The notes under the pieces are model-generated. The model was given only the letters and a program-made list of their open reading frames with translations, searched no databases and was not told the origin of the DNA. A DNA stretch of 64,000 bases from Podarcis melisellensis (Eukaryota): NCBI GenBank assembly GCA_964234715.1, contig OZ174287.1; one strand, written 5' to 3'. The first letter of the stretch is position 1, and every line of letters starts with the position of its first letter. This document shows positions 13,377 to 25,641 of the stretch, piece by piece. Made by a program: the position numbers and the translations under genes.

Positions 13377-13744
13377 GGGACGCAGGTGGCGCTGTGGGTT
13401 AAAGCCTCAGCGCCTAGGACTTGCCGATTGAAAGGTCGGCGGTTCGAATCCCTGTGGCGGGGTGCGCTCCCGCTGCTCGGTCCCAGCGCCTGCCAACCTA
13501 GCAGTTCGAAAGCACCTCCGGGTGCAAGTAGATAAATAGGGACCGCTTACCAGCGGGAAGGTAAACGGCGTTTCCGTGTGCGGCTCTGGCTCGCCAGAGC
13601 AGCTTCGGCACGCTGGCCACGTGACCCGGAATTGTCTTCGGACAGCGCTGGCCCCTGGCCTCTTGAGTGAGATGGGCGCACAACCCCAGAGTCTGGCAAG
13701 ACTGGCCCGTACGGGCAGGGGTACCTTTACCTTTACCTTTACCT
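13377..13744 (+). mobile_element. Sauria SINE, full length
   Basis: gggacgcaggtggcgctgtggg head, (ACCTTT)n tail, TSD tacctaa. Near-identical to the 3168-3533 copy. Confidence 0.92.
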
Positions 13745-14723
13745 AAAAAAAAGGGCCAGGGACTAGGATGGGAGCAGGTACTGCTAAATAAATATGGCTG
13801 AACGAAGAGGGGTGGGGCTGTGTGGGTTCAAGATAAATAGGGCCTGCAAGAAATTGCTTCCACTTGCCCCACAGCCCCCGCCCACTGCAGTATGCTGGAA
13901 AAGATGGGGGAAACCTTTCTGACCCTAAAATAGTGGCTCTGCACACATGGTAACAGCTCTCTCTTTTTTTGCAGTGTGGCCTGGGGAATTGTGACAGGTT
14001 TTCTTGCAAACATTTCCCCCCTGCAAAAAGAAAATATTCTGCTGGCTAAATTGGGAGGGGTTGCTGGGGGCTGTGACAGGGGAAGGGGGGCAGCAGTGCT
14101 CCCCGTCTTTTGAGAGAGATTCCAGAAGCCCTGACCTCCCCTCTGCACCTGCAGTTTTCACCAAAGAATACGACCTCTGTTTGCTGCCATTGGGTGGGAG
14201 GTGGGCACCCTTGGCTCTGGCCCAGCAAGGGCATGTCGGAGAGCAGTTAATTTGCGCCTCCGTGGGCATAATTGGGTGACCCGACAGCCGTCCTGTTGGC
14301 AAGGGGAACAGTCATCTCGTTGTTCTAGCTACTGGCTTTCCCTTTTGTCTTTGCCCCAGGCGATGGGGGGCTGGGAACAATCCATTGTGAACTGTACATT
14401 CCCTGTTCTGGTGCCTTGGCCTCCTTTGCAGGAGGTGTCCCACCCCCCTCACAAACCCTTATGGCAACTGCCCCATTTTGACGAATAAGGGATTTAGGAC
14501 AAGCCGGGTGACTGGGGGCAAAATATCTTGACAGTGAAGGACGTTAAAACTTTCTACGAAAGCCTGAAATGAACTGAAACTTTATAGTAGGCCGTGAGAT
14601 GATGGTCAGCTTGCCTAGCAAAATGGAGTTGCTAGGAATGAGAGTGTCTCTTCCATGAAACTCTTGCGGGACTTGGGACCATTTCTGTAGAACAGGAGAG
14701 TGATGAGGTAAAAGCATATTATT

Positions 14724-14928
14724 TATTTGCATTTATTTCTCACCTTTTCCTCCAAGGTGGCTTACATGGGTCGTCATTGTCCCTCATTTAACCCCCACAA
14801 CAACCCTGTGAGGTAGGTTAGGCTGACAGGCAGTGACTGGGCCAAGGTCACTCAGTGAGCTTCATGGCTGAGTGGGGATGTGAACCCTGCTCTCCCAGGC
14901 TCTGGTCCGACACACTAACCACTATACC
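14724..14928 (-). mobile_element. Older MIR-like/Squam3-like SINE
   Basis: acaacaaccctgtgaggtaggttaggctga...ccaaggtcac core, diverged. Confidence 0.7.
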
Positions 14929-15684
14929 ATACTGTCTTTCATACAGAGGCGAATAATCGTGCATTCCTGTAGAAGGGACATGACAGCTTGCAGGATTTTT
15001 TTTTTTATTGCTTTGAATAAATATATTTTATCCCATTTTTTAAAAAAACAAAGCTGCAGGAAAAAACAAAACTTGGCAGTGTTTAAAAGTGTTTCACGAT
15101 TATCTTGGTAGCACCGGCGCAGGACGTGTGGCAGAACTGCAGATGTTATAAAGCAAGGGTGGGGAAGCTTATTCAAGGCAACAGATGTGACTCCTCTATC
15201 TTTGTACAGGAGGCTACATTCTTGTCAGGGAAGAGACATTATTATCACAGGTCAAGGAAATGTTTCAGCACAGTAAAGGGGGTGGCCTGGGGAGACTCCC
15301 AAGGACGGGATGGAGAGGCAAAGAGGGCCTCATTCAGACCCCTGCTTTGAAGAAGTGTAGTTTGTTTCCAAGGCAATCTCTAAAATCCCTGGTAGAGGAC
15401 GAGGATCCTGAGATCACATTAAGGGTTGCCAAATTCTGTGCGATTTCCATAAAACCTAGGGAACAAGCTGTGCTAGCATAATGATTAAGGTTGTAAATTA
15501 TAATTTTAGGTTATATGTTAGTGACTAAGTTTTAATTTATATATTTTTAAACTGTTGCTATATCCGTATTGTCCCTGTTATACCTAATTGCAAATTCAAA
15601 TGTATCCCTATCGTGTTTTATGACTTCCTTGATATTGTATGTGGGCTGGAACTGGTCTGTGACCAAAATAATAAAATTTGTTCA

Positions 15685-15742
15685 TTCTGGTTCATGGGGT
15701 CACGGAGAGTCGAACACGACTAAGATGACTAAACAACAACAA
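15685..15742 (+). mobile_element. RTE-BovB LINE 3' terminal fragment
   Basis: tctggttcatggggtcacggagagtcgaacacgactaagatgactaaacaacaacaa matches the BovB 3' end (as recalled) with its (CAA)n tail. Confidence 0.75.
15689..15702 (+). promoter_or_regulatory. Perfect DR2 nuclear-receptor element GGTTCA-tg-GGGTCA (candidate RARE)
   Basis: Exact RGKTCA-N2-RGKTCA match in RARA intron 2, preceded by a third imperfect half-site TGTTCA at 15679-15684. Function untested. Confidence 0.4.
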
Positions 15743-16311
15743 AAGCTTTTAAAATTACATGTGTATATATATGTTCAAGTTGGGGACATTTCTGGTGACT
15801 TCAGATAGTAGCGTTCAACATTTTCAGACCCTGGATGCACCTTTTAACCCCATGTGTGCATCTGGGGACCCACTTCTTAATTTGTCATAGTGTGTGCTGG
15901 TGGTGGTGCTGCTGCTGTTGTGGCCAGGCCCAGTTGTGGGTCTCAACCTACCAGTTGAGGGCCAGTGGTCTAGGATGCAAAAAGCAGCACGGGGACCTCT
16001 AAATGTTGTTGGGACTCCAACTCCTATCAACCCCACCACCACCATTGGCCATCCTGGGAGTTGGAGTCCATATTGGCTGCATAAGAGACCACCGAGGGCA
16101 GGCTGTGCTTAAAGTTGTTTAAATGTAGAAGCGTCGTGTGCTGGGAGACACCAGTAGGTGTCATGGCCGAACAGGAAATTGGAGGCAAGCAGGGCGCCAC
16201 CACTGACTTTTCTAAGCAGAACAAAGAGGTCTAATAATGCTAAAGGTCGGAAATGGTGGATGTCTGAATAGGGCTATACGGAATAAATCTAAACCGTTGC
16301 CACCCTTGAAT

Positions 16312-16421
16312 TTTAAGAGTTGGGTCATCTAGTCCTACCCCTTGCAATGCAGGAAGGTGCAGCTGACCCATAGGGGAATCAAACCTGCAACCTTGGCATT
16401 ATCAGCACCACACTGAGCTAT
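16312..16421 (-). mobile_element. tRNA-Ile-headed SINE with CR1-type tail
   Basis: Minus strand reads tagctcagtgtggtgctgataatgccaaggttgcaggtttgattcccc (tRNA-Ile-like) followed by ttcctgcattgcaagggg...gactagatgacc. Confidence 0.6.
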
Positions 16422-17385
16422 CTTAAGTCCTGACAGTGAATACCTTGGAATGCAGTCACGGTGTGTTTCCTTCAGGTTTCCTGATTGGTTCCCCAGGTTT
16501 AAGAAAGCTGGGTAGCTGGAATTCTGTGTTTGTGTGTGTGAGAGAGAAAATTAATAGGACTCTCAAGAGCTTAAATGTTCCCCTTCCACTGTATCTTCCT
16601 AGACTCGACTCTATTTTTCCATAGCTAGAAACATGGCATAGCCGCCTTTGCTCCAAAATGTTCTGCTTTTCCCTTCTTCTTAAGACTCCATTGCCCTCCA
16701 AAAAGAGCCCTCCCTCTCCTCGCGACAAACCAGCTCCCTTTCCCAATGACAGAAGCAGGCCCCAAACCCCTGCTTCCAACTGAATGCTAATTTATACCTT
16801 CAGGCATATTCATGTGGTAAATATCTTTTCCTGGACGGTACCACTTCAGAATGAAGATGAGGTAATTGCATCCTAAAGAAAACAAACAAAACTAGAAACC
16901 TCACATGTACAAAATAAGCATGAAAGGGGAAGTAAATATGTTTCAGCTTGCCCTGTTCCCTGATGCGCTGCCTTTCTGTGTGTAGGGAGTGAGCGTTCTA
17001 ATGTACCCCACACACTCTCACACACTTCCACCTGAAGTTGTACAGTCCAGGAAAAGCTTGATGATTTGATTCTGCTAAATGTATTACTTGGCCCTCGTTA
17101 GAATCCTGTCTTGGCTTCTTGCCTGGTTCCTTGTTTTACTCATGAGCCCAACCCAACAGACTCTGCAGATTTGAGGAAACAACCCAGGAGTCCAGGTTAC
17201 ACTAGCTATAATGACAATTGTGATAAATGAGCAATTTTGAGTCAGGGCTTCGTCTCAGACCTGTTTTCTGTTCAGCAGTGGAACAAATGAAATAACAAAG
17301 GGTGTTTCTGAGCATCTGTAGAGTGCCCCTCTCTCATCACTGGCTTAACCACAACCTGTCCCCTATGTATCTGGGATTATGAATA

Positions 17386-17623
17386 CAGTCATACCTCAGG
17401 TTACAGACGCTTCGGTTGCGCAGTTTCAGGTGGCACACCGCGCCGAACCTGGAAGTACCGGAACGGGTTACTTTCGGGTTTCGGCACATGCGCAGAAGCG
17501 TTAAACCGTGCTTTGCGCATGCGCAGAAGTGCCGAATTGCGACCCACGTTTGCGCAGACGCGCTGCTGCGGGTTGCGAACGTGCTTCCCGCACAGATCAC
17601 GTTCGCAACCCCAGCGTCCACTG
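17386..17623. mobile_element. Tigger-like MITE family B
   Basis: TA TSDs. Aligns to the 11809 copy. Confidence 0.85.
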
Positions 17624-17792
17624 TAAAGGGCTTCCAGGAGAGACAGTCTCTCCCTTTTCCAATTCAGCACTGGCTCCAACCTGCTGGGCTCTCAGCCTTT
17701 CTTAGAATTAGGAATAGAATCCAGCATCTTAGTTGCTCAGATAGCCATGTGCCTCTGTGTCTCCCCTGTGGTTGGCTTTGGGCCACACTAGG

Positions 17793-17825
<33 letters not shown>

Positions 17826-17840
17826 CACGCGCGCACGCAT
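17793..17840. repeat. (GT)n followed by (GC/AC)n alternating purine-pyrimidine tract
   Basis: Directly visible. Confidence 0.9.
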
Positions 17841-18721
17841 GTTGGGGTAGGGATGGGAGGGGGAATCGGCCTTGTGAGACCTTGCATTTGGGGCCATCAG
17901 GGTGAGGACGTCATGGGCCGTGAGTTGGTGCAAAGTCCTCAGGGTGCATTCCCCAGCTGTGAGCCTCTTCCTGCGCAGAGGCCCCACTCAAACGAAACCC
18001 CTTTCATGTCTAATCTCCTGGCATGCGCCAGCCCTTTTGTTTGGCAGGCCACATCCTGGCTCTATTCCCTGCAAGGTTTGTGTGTGTGTGTGTGTGTGTA
18101 TGGGGCTTTTTATTTTTTTAAAAAAAGTGGTTAAGAAGGGGGGAGCTAATCAAACCCATCCTTGGGGGACTGGCCTGGAGGCCTTTCCCATCTGAAGGCC
18201 TGCTCACCCTGCGCAGGGCCAGGCCTTTTAATATCCTGTCTGACTGGTTTACTCCGGACTCCGGCTTGAAGAAAAACATCGGCAGACATCCTACAGGAAA
18301 GGGGCTGTGGGTGTACAGCCAAGTGCCTTAACCTTTTCATGCCTGGGGGAGCGGAAAACGCATCACACATGTGCAGGCTGTGTTTCTTTTCATTGCTGCC
18401 CTTGTTTTGCGACTGTGCCCATGCAGGTCCGCGCATTTGCACGGCCACAGCTTCTCGTCTGTTTTTATTGACAAGCTGCTAGGACCCACCTTGCCTTTTG
18501 ACAAGTGTAGCAAAAAAAAGAAAAAAGAAAGAAAAGAACCCAGCATTTGGTTCCCAGTCTTCCCTCCCTTCTCCCCTCTGGAGAAGGACGGCTGCTCTTG
18601 ACCCTATGTCTTATACATGCCACCACACCCCCTCTGGTGAGCTGTCTTGAATCCAGGAGTCGTGGGAACCAAAACATTTGAACAAGGTTGTGCTAGGGTG
18701 GAGGTGAGATCAGTAAACTTT

Positions 18722-18781
18722 TGTGTGTGTGTGTGCGTGTGTGTGTGCGCGCGCACGTGCGTATACACACACACACACACA
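18722..18781. repeat. (TG)n-(CG)n-(CA)n alternating purine-pyrimidine quasi-palindrome
   Basis: 60 nt of unbroken pyrimidine/purine alternation. Confidence 0.9.
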
Positions 18782-19797
18782 GAGCATTTCATGGGACTGG
18801 AGCCTAGAAGCTTGGAGGGAGGTTTCCCTCTTGAGTCCACCTCTCTGCTAGGTCAGATTTCCCTTAAAAGATTCCATGTGGCTCCATTTTGTGGCATACA
18901 AGTTGAACAGATCGGATGGGGGCGCATCTCAGGGCCTGCCGTCATGTTACGCTGGATTACAGTTAGTTTTTATGCTGCTTTCCAGCCAGGACAGCCCCAA
19001 GGCTGCACATGCAAGTTAAAAGCGCAAAATAAAACAATAAAACACCAATTAACAAACAAGACTTATCGAGAGAGGGGGGAAAAACAATAGTAAGTCCTGA
19101 TAACATCTTAGAGAAACAGAAGCAGGATGAAATCAGGGGCCTCGCGCAATGAACACAAGTTGTCCTCTTGTCCCCGCAAAACTCCAGATGGTAAGATGGC
19201 CTTCAACATCCATTGGGAGGAGCGGAAGGAAGAGCCTGTAAACAGACCTTCCAAGGGAAGGAGGTTCCACAGCCTAGGAGCCACCATGGAGAAGGCTCGT
19301 CGTCCTTTGTACAATGGCAGGACATGGAGCAATAAACCCTGCAAATATCTCAATGGTCTAGCAACCTCCTTTGGAAACAAGAATTCCTTCTGATACCATA
19401 GATGCAAGTTGCTTTGGAATTTAAAAAAACTGGGAACCAGAGTTGTTCAAAAAATAGAAAAGCCATGGCTTCCACGTGGTGGACCCCAGGAAAACGCACT
19501 CTGCACCAGTTGTAGTTTCCAGACACATTTCCACATAGAGCATACTAGTCTAACCTTAGATGTGACCAGAGCATGAGTGATAGTGGCTGTCTTCTTCAGG
19601 AAGGGCTGTGGTGTTGGTTTGTTTTGGGGTTGTTTTTTTAATTGAGGCATTTTTATCCCACCTTCACTTCCATAAACTTAGGGCTTGTTTACATTAGACT
19701 GGGAGAGAAGGGGGGGAGGGTCTTACTGTCCTGTCACTCAGGAAGCTTCATGACTAAGTAGAGATTTGAGTCCCAGGTCCAGTGCTCTAACCACTAC

Positions 19798-20046
19798 CAG
19801 GGGTCAGCAAACTTTTTCAGCAGGGAACCGGTCCACTGTCCCTCAGACCTTGAGGGGGGCCAGACTATATTTTGGGGAAAAAATATGAATGAATTCCTAT
19901 GCCCCACAAATAACCCAAAGATGCATTTTTAATAAAAGCACACATTCTACTCATGTAAACATGCTGATTCCCGGACCGTCCGCGGGCCAGATTTAGAAGG
20001 CGATTGGGCCGGTTCCGGCCCCCGGGCCTTAGGTTGCCTACCCATG
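19798..20046. mobile_element. hAT non-autonomous element, same family as 53478-53806, opposite orientation
   Basis: caggggtcagcaaac...aggttgcctacccatg ends. Partial TSD cactac(ac). Confidence 0.8.
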
Positions 20047-21512
20047 CACTACACCAGCCTGGCCCACCTGCCCGAGCTGTGCAAAAGTACTTCCGGCTAC
20101 AGCCACCACTTGAGCATTCAGGAGCACAGGATAATCCCAAATCCCATCCTTAGATCAGCTTCCCTGCTGGCCAGCAGCACCTCTGTCTCGCCACCTCCTG
20201 TCCCCAGCTCCCTTTAGGCCCCTTTTTCATTTTGCCTGCTGAAGGATCTGTATAACTCCAGAGCTTGCGTGCTTTTTATGGCAACAGATTTTTGATTCAG
20301 TAAAATTAAGCTCACCTTGTTCTGCTGTTTTTTGGCAGGAGGGAGCTCCCTCCTTAACTAATCCTGCAAGTTGGCCCCTCAGAATCTTGGCTTCCCATCC
20401 CATTTGCTGTAACCCATCTCAAGACCCCTGCTTCCTTCTCTGAGATGGGAATAATATCCAGGCTTTTAGCTGCATCCTGTTACAACCAGCCCAGACCTGC
20501 TTCCTTCTGCATCGGTGGCTAGGAGTCCAGATTCCCAGGCTTTTCTTCCTCTAGGGATCATCCGTAGGATATATTGCATTTTAAATGTCTTCTAAAAACC
20601 CTTTTCTACCTTCCGTCACACTTCTGCACCATTTCTAACCAGCAACGAAGGTCTCGCTTGTCGCAACTGCATTATATCTCCCCACCCACAGAGATGTGTG
20701 ACATACTTTATAGGGGATTCCCTGCCTCATATCACAGACACAAGATTGCACTCTTGTAGTCAGTGGTAATTAACTTGGAGCAACCACGCAACAACTATTC
20801 ACACCCCTTTCGCCCTAGAAGCAAAAGAACCCCGAACCCCGGTTATTTTGCTAAACTCCGTTGTTAAGCAGATATGCACTCTGTGAAAGCACAGAGGCAC
20901 TTTGGTCTATACAATAACACTCTGTGTGTGTGTGTGTGTTTCTGGCATTAAATTGCAGGTTTTGTTGTTGTTGTTTTTAAGACAAGCGTCCAGATTGTTT
21001 TATCGTCCTCCTTCCCGAAAGCAAACCCCTTTCCTTCCAGATCCAGGAATCCAGCAGCGTCAAGTCCCTACTGCACTGCCTCCCTTTCCCCCTCCCCTCC
21101 CCACCACCCCGCCCTGTTCTGCTGAGCTGCTGTGCCAAGCATGTAAAGCTCCTGGGATTGGCTGTGTCTGGCTCAATCCCACATCTTATTTCTCTGGCCT
21201 GAAAATGTCAAATCGCATATCGCTGCGGTGCCATCCCACCCTTGCGGAGAGCATGCTGGAGGCGGCTTCCAAAGCTTCCAGGCCTTCGGGCATCCCTGTT
21301 TGGGGTTACTTTTCCCTACTGGGCTGTCCTGTTCCCACTTCTCAGTGTTTCTCGGGGAGGGTATCTTACGTAAAGGCTTTACGGTTGCAGAATCTGCCTG
21401 CTAAAATACGAGCAGCTGAGCAGCATCCCTCCAGGACAGAGCGCTGGGGCAGCTCAGGCTCCAATCCTGCTGTTGAAACCACAGAATGCCAGGAGGCCAG
21501 CTGACATTTGTA

Positions 21513-21642
21513 CAGTGGTACCTCGGGTTTCTGTTCTCATCCTGAAGCGAAGTTCTTAACCTGAGGTACTATTTCTGGGTTAGCGAAGTCTGTAACCTGA
21601 AGCGTCTGTAACCTGAAGCGTATGTAACCCGAGGTACCACTG
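21513..21642. mobile_element. Tigger-like MITE family A, internally deleted
   Basis: TA TSDs. TIR CAGTGGTACCTCGGGTT/AACCCGAGGTACCACTG. Confidence 0.85.
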
Positions 21643-22272
21643 TACTGGGATTTGCCTCTGATTAGCAGCCGTTGCATGATCTGCGGGGGCCTACCCCACC
21701 CCAGATTTCTAAGTTCAGTCAAGACAAAACCCCAAATTCAGTGCAAAGGATACGAATTGATGACCAAACAGCAATTGTTTTAGAATGTAATCTTCTTCAC
21801 ATCCTGTGTTAGTATCCCTGCAGAGAATTTGGAAGGTTTTTTTTTCTTTTCCTTTTTCTTTAGGGCAGTTAATAGTAGGCAGAACCAAGTAAGTTATTTT
21901 TGTGTGCAAATGTCTCAAGAGCACATGCCCTTGCTGCTTCCTTGTCTTGCGTCTGTTTCCCATCACAGATCAAATGTGTGAATGGACCATGTCACAGATC
22001 AAACACCATGGTTACAGCTTTCATTTCTCCTCACATCACCTTACATGCAATGTTTTTTGCGTTGAAACGGTTCACACATTCAGCTCTAGCCAAGCATTCG
22101 TCCTCAAACATAGGGAAGAGAAGTGATGTATGAACACAAGGCCCATAAGTGGCATTATGAAAGTGAATTGGTCGGGTGATTTCATCATGTAGGTTCCAGG
22201 CAGACTCCCCACCCCTCACCCCAAATGCAGCCTCTTCTGTTTGCGTATTTAGGCCCTGAGAAGCTCACCTGA

Positions 22273-22626
<354 letters not shown>

Positions 22627-24702
22627 TAGTGGGGACGATAAAAAGTGAAGCACACCACACGTTCACTCCTGGCTGGCGTGTTTCCCCCCCGCACACAGGC
22701 CTTGTGGCTAGGCCCCATTGATAGTCACACAGCCTGTTTCCCTGTTGCTACCACCTGCTCCCCAGCTATTAGGGCCGGTACTGCAATGCCATGTCCCATA
22801 ATAATCTGAGGCCACTAAGCTTAGGTTTTGCCCCTATCCCATGGGTATAGGGGGACAGAACAGTGTTCACGCAGAGCTTAGAAGCCAAGCTCTCAACTCT
22901 TCCATGCTAGGAGGAATTATTATCACCATCGTTGTCATTGCTAATATTATTATTGTTAGAATTTATTACCCACCCCTTACTCTAATGTCCCAGGGTGGCT
23001 TACAGTTTTAAAAGCCTCATTGATATTAAAGCACAATATTAAAAATAGTGCAAGACAACTTAAAATTACAAAAAACAACAACAAGCTGAGTCCTGAAAAT
23101 AATACATCTCAGGTATCGAGGCGTGTCTTCAGCAGTGGAGATTTCTGAGCACCAGGTTGACAACCACTGTTTAAAAACCTCTGCCTTATTCATAGTTAAG
23201 GCCATTTCCACTGTGTGCGTTTTTCCTTCTTGCAGACTGAGACAAGCAAATTGTTGTAAGACCAAGCAACAGTCCAGCAATGCAGTTGAGGTTATAGGAT
23301 TGTAGTGTTGGAAGGGACCCCCAGGGTCATCTAGTCCAACCCCCCCCCCCCCGGCAAATAGATAATTCCGTCGTTGTGCCTGTAGGGTTGCCATATTTTG
23401 AAGAGGGGGGGAAAAAGAGGACACACTTGTCGATTTCTACTTTTAACGATGGATTGCTAGGATGACTTTCAGTTTACAAACCCATGAAAAAGAGGACATG
23501 TCCTGGAAAAAGGACCCTAATTATCGATAGTTCTGGTTCTTCTTGAAAGATGAGGATAGCTGGCGTGGGCACAAGGGTATGTTTTAGTGTATTCACAAGA
23601 GTTGTGTTCACTCTTCTTTTTCAAAATTCCTGTTTATTCCTCTGTCTTTCTGCTAAGAGGATGAGCTCCAGTTGCTCTACCTGTGCGCCACACACACACA
23701 TGCCCTCACTTGCACCGGGCTTGGCAGTGTGACCCTGTAGGACTGGCAGAGATCAGCCTGAGCGGGCAGGCGCTGTGCTATGTGCTCAGTCCCCAACAGC
23801 AAATCCCTTCCCTCTGGCTCATTAACACGAGGCCCTTTGTGCCTCTGGTAGCCTGGAAGAAAGGCCTTTCTCCTTCCCCGCCAGGAGTCTCCTAATCTCA
23901 TTAGAGGGACGTGGCAATGTTGTCTTCGCTCCCCTCTGCCATTGAGTAGCCGGGCCTCTGCCACGGCCACCCCCAAAGCAATGGGCCTCAACTTCTGACT
24001 GCGTGCCTGTCCCAGTTGCTTGCAGGGTTGGCCCTTTTTGGGGGGTTTAGCACTTAAGAGAGCTGCTGACATTTGGTTCTCTTGAGAATGTGCAACATCG
24101 GGCTGTTTATATTCTGAACCCCAGTGTAGTTTCAGAGAGGAGGTGGTAATCCTGAGAGTCTCGGGTTTCTAGCCCTCATGTGTAGAACAATGTTTGCCCC
24201 TCCCTCTTACTCCTCAGTCATTACTAAAGGCCTACATTCTCTGAAGCCCCGACTTATTGTAACATCAAATATATTCAATTTGCTTAGTTCTGGGAGTGTA
24301 AATCAGACTTCCTGGATTTCTTGAGGTGGGGGCAGCAGTAGTGAGAGCGTAGGCAAAGCCTTTTTCGGTAAGGCCCATCCCTGTGGATGTAGTTGCATAA
24401 AATAGACACCAGAAGGCTTAGTTTGGTCAGAATCAAGTATACACTTCCAGAGTCAATGCTGAATACATTACTTCTGGTATATGAGCCACCATTAGCTTCT
24501 AGTCTAGAGGAACGTGAAAATATGTGTCCTGGGCTTTTTAGACTTGTCAACCCATGTGCTATCTGAAACCAAAGGGGCACATTGGTTGCTAGATGTGAAA
24601 TATATTGGGATTATCTTCAGCTCTCCTACCCCACTACTGTGCCCTGGGCAGCTCTTAACATTTCAACAGCAGAAAAGGAAGAGCCTGTGGGGCCCTCTAG
24701 AG

Positions 24703-24838
24703 CAGTGTTTCCCAACCTTGGGCCTCCAGATGTTTTTGGCCTACAACTCCCATCATCCCTAGCTAGCAAGACCAGTGGTCAGGGATGATGGGAATTGTAG
24801 TTCAAAAACAGCTGGAGGCCCAAGGTTGGGAAACACTG
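24703..24838. mobile_element. 136-bp hAT MITE
   Basis: Same core. 8-bp TSD ctctagag. Confidence 0.9.
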
Positions 24839-25089
24839 CTCTAGAGGATGTTGGGACTCCAAGTCCCATCAGCCCCAGCCAGTGGTCAAGGATGATGGGA
24901 GTTGTAGTCAGTGGCATCTGAGGGGGCAGGGCTGCAGGTTTCCAACCCCTGCTGTAGTACTTTTTTTTAGCATGTGCAAAGAGCTTCATGCACATTGTTT
25001 TTTTATTTACTCACTCGAAAGGATTTATACCCTGCTCTTGAGCCAGGAAAGCTCGCTCCCAGAGCGTACTTACAAATCAATAAGAATAA

Positions 25090-25500
<411 letters not shown>

Positions 25501-25505
25501 TAAAG

Positions 25506-25641
25506 CAGTGGTGGCCAAACGTGGCCTGCCAGCTGTTTTTAGACTACAATTCCCATCATCCCTGACCACTGGTCCTGTTAGCTAGGGATGATGGGAGCTG
25601 TAGTCCAAAAACAGCTGGAGGGCCAGGTTTGCCCACCACTG
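25506..25641. mobile_element. 136-bp hAT MITE
   Basis: Same core. 8-bp TSD tcttaaag. Confidence 0.9.

Noticed and set aside
20902-21504. 200-aa ORF on the plus strand
   Set aside because: Runs through a (TG)n microsatellite and C-rich tract, with no recognisable homology or exon structure.
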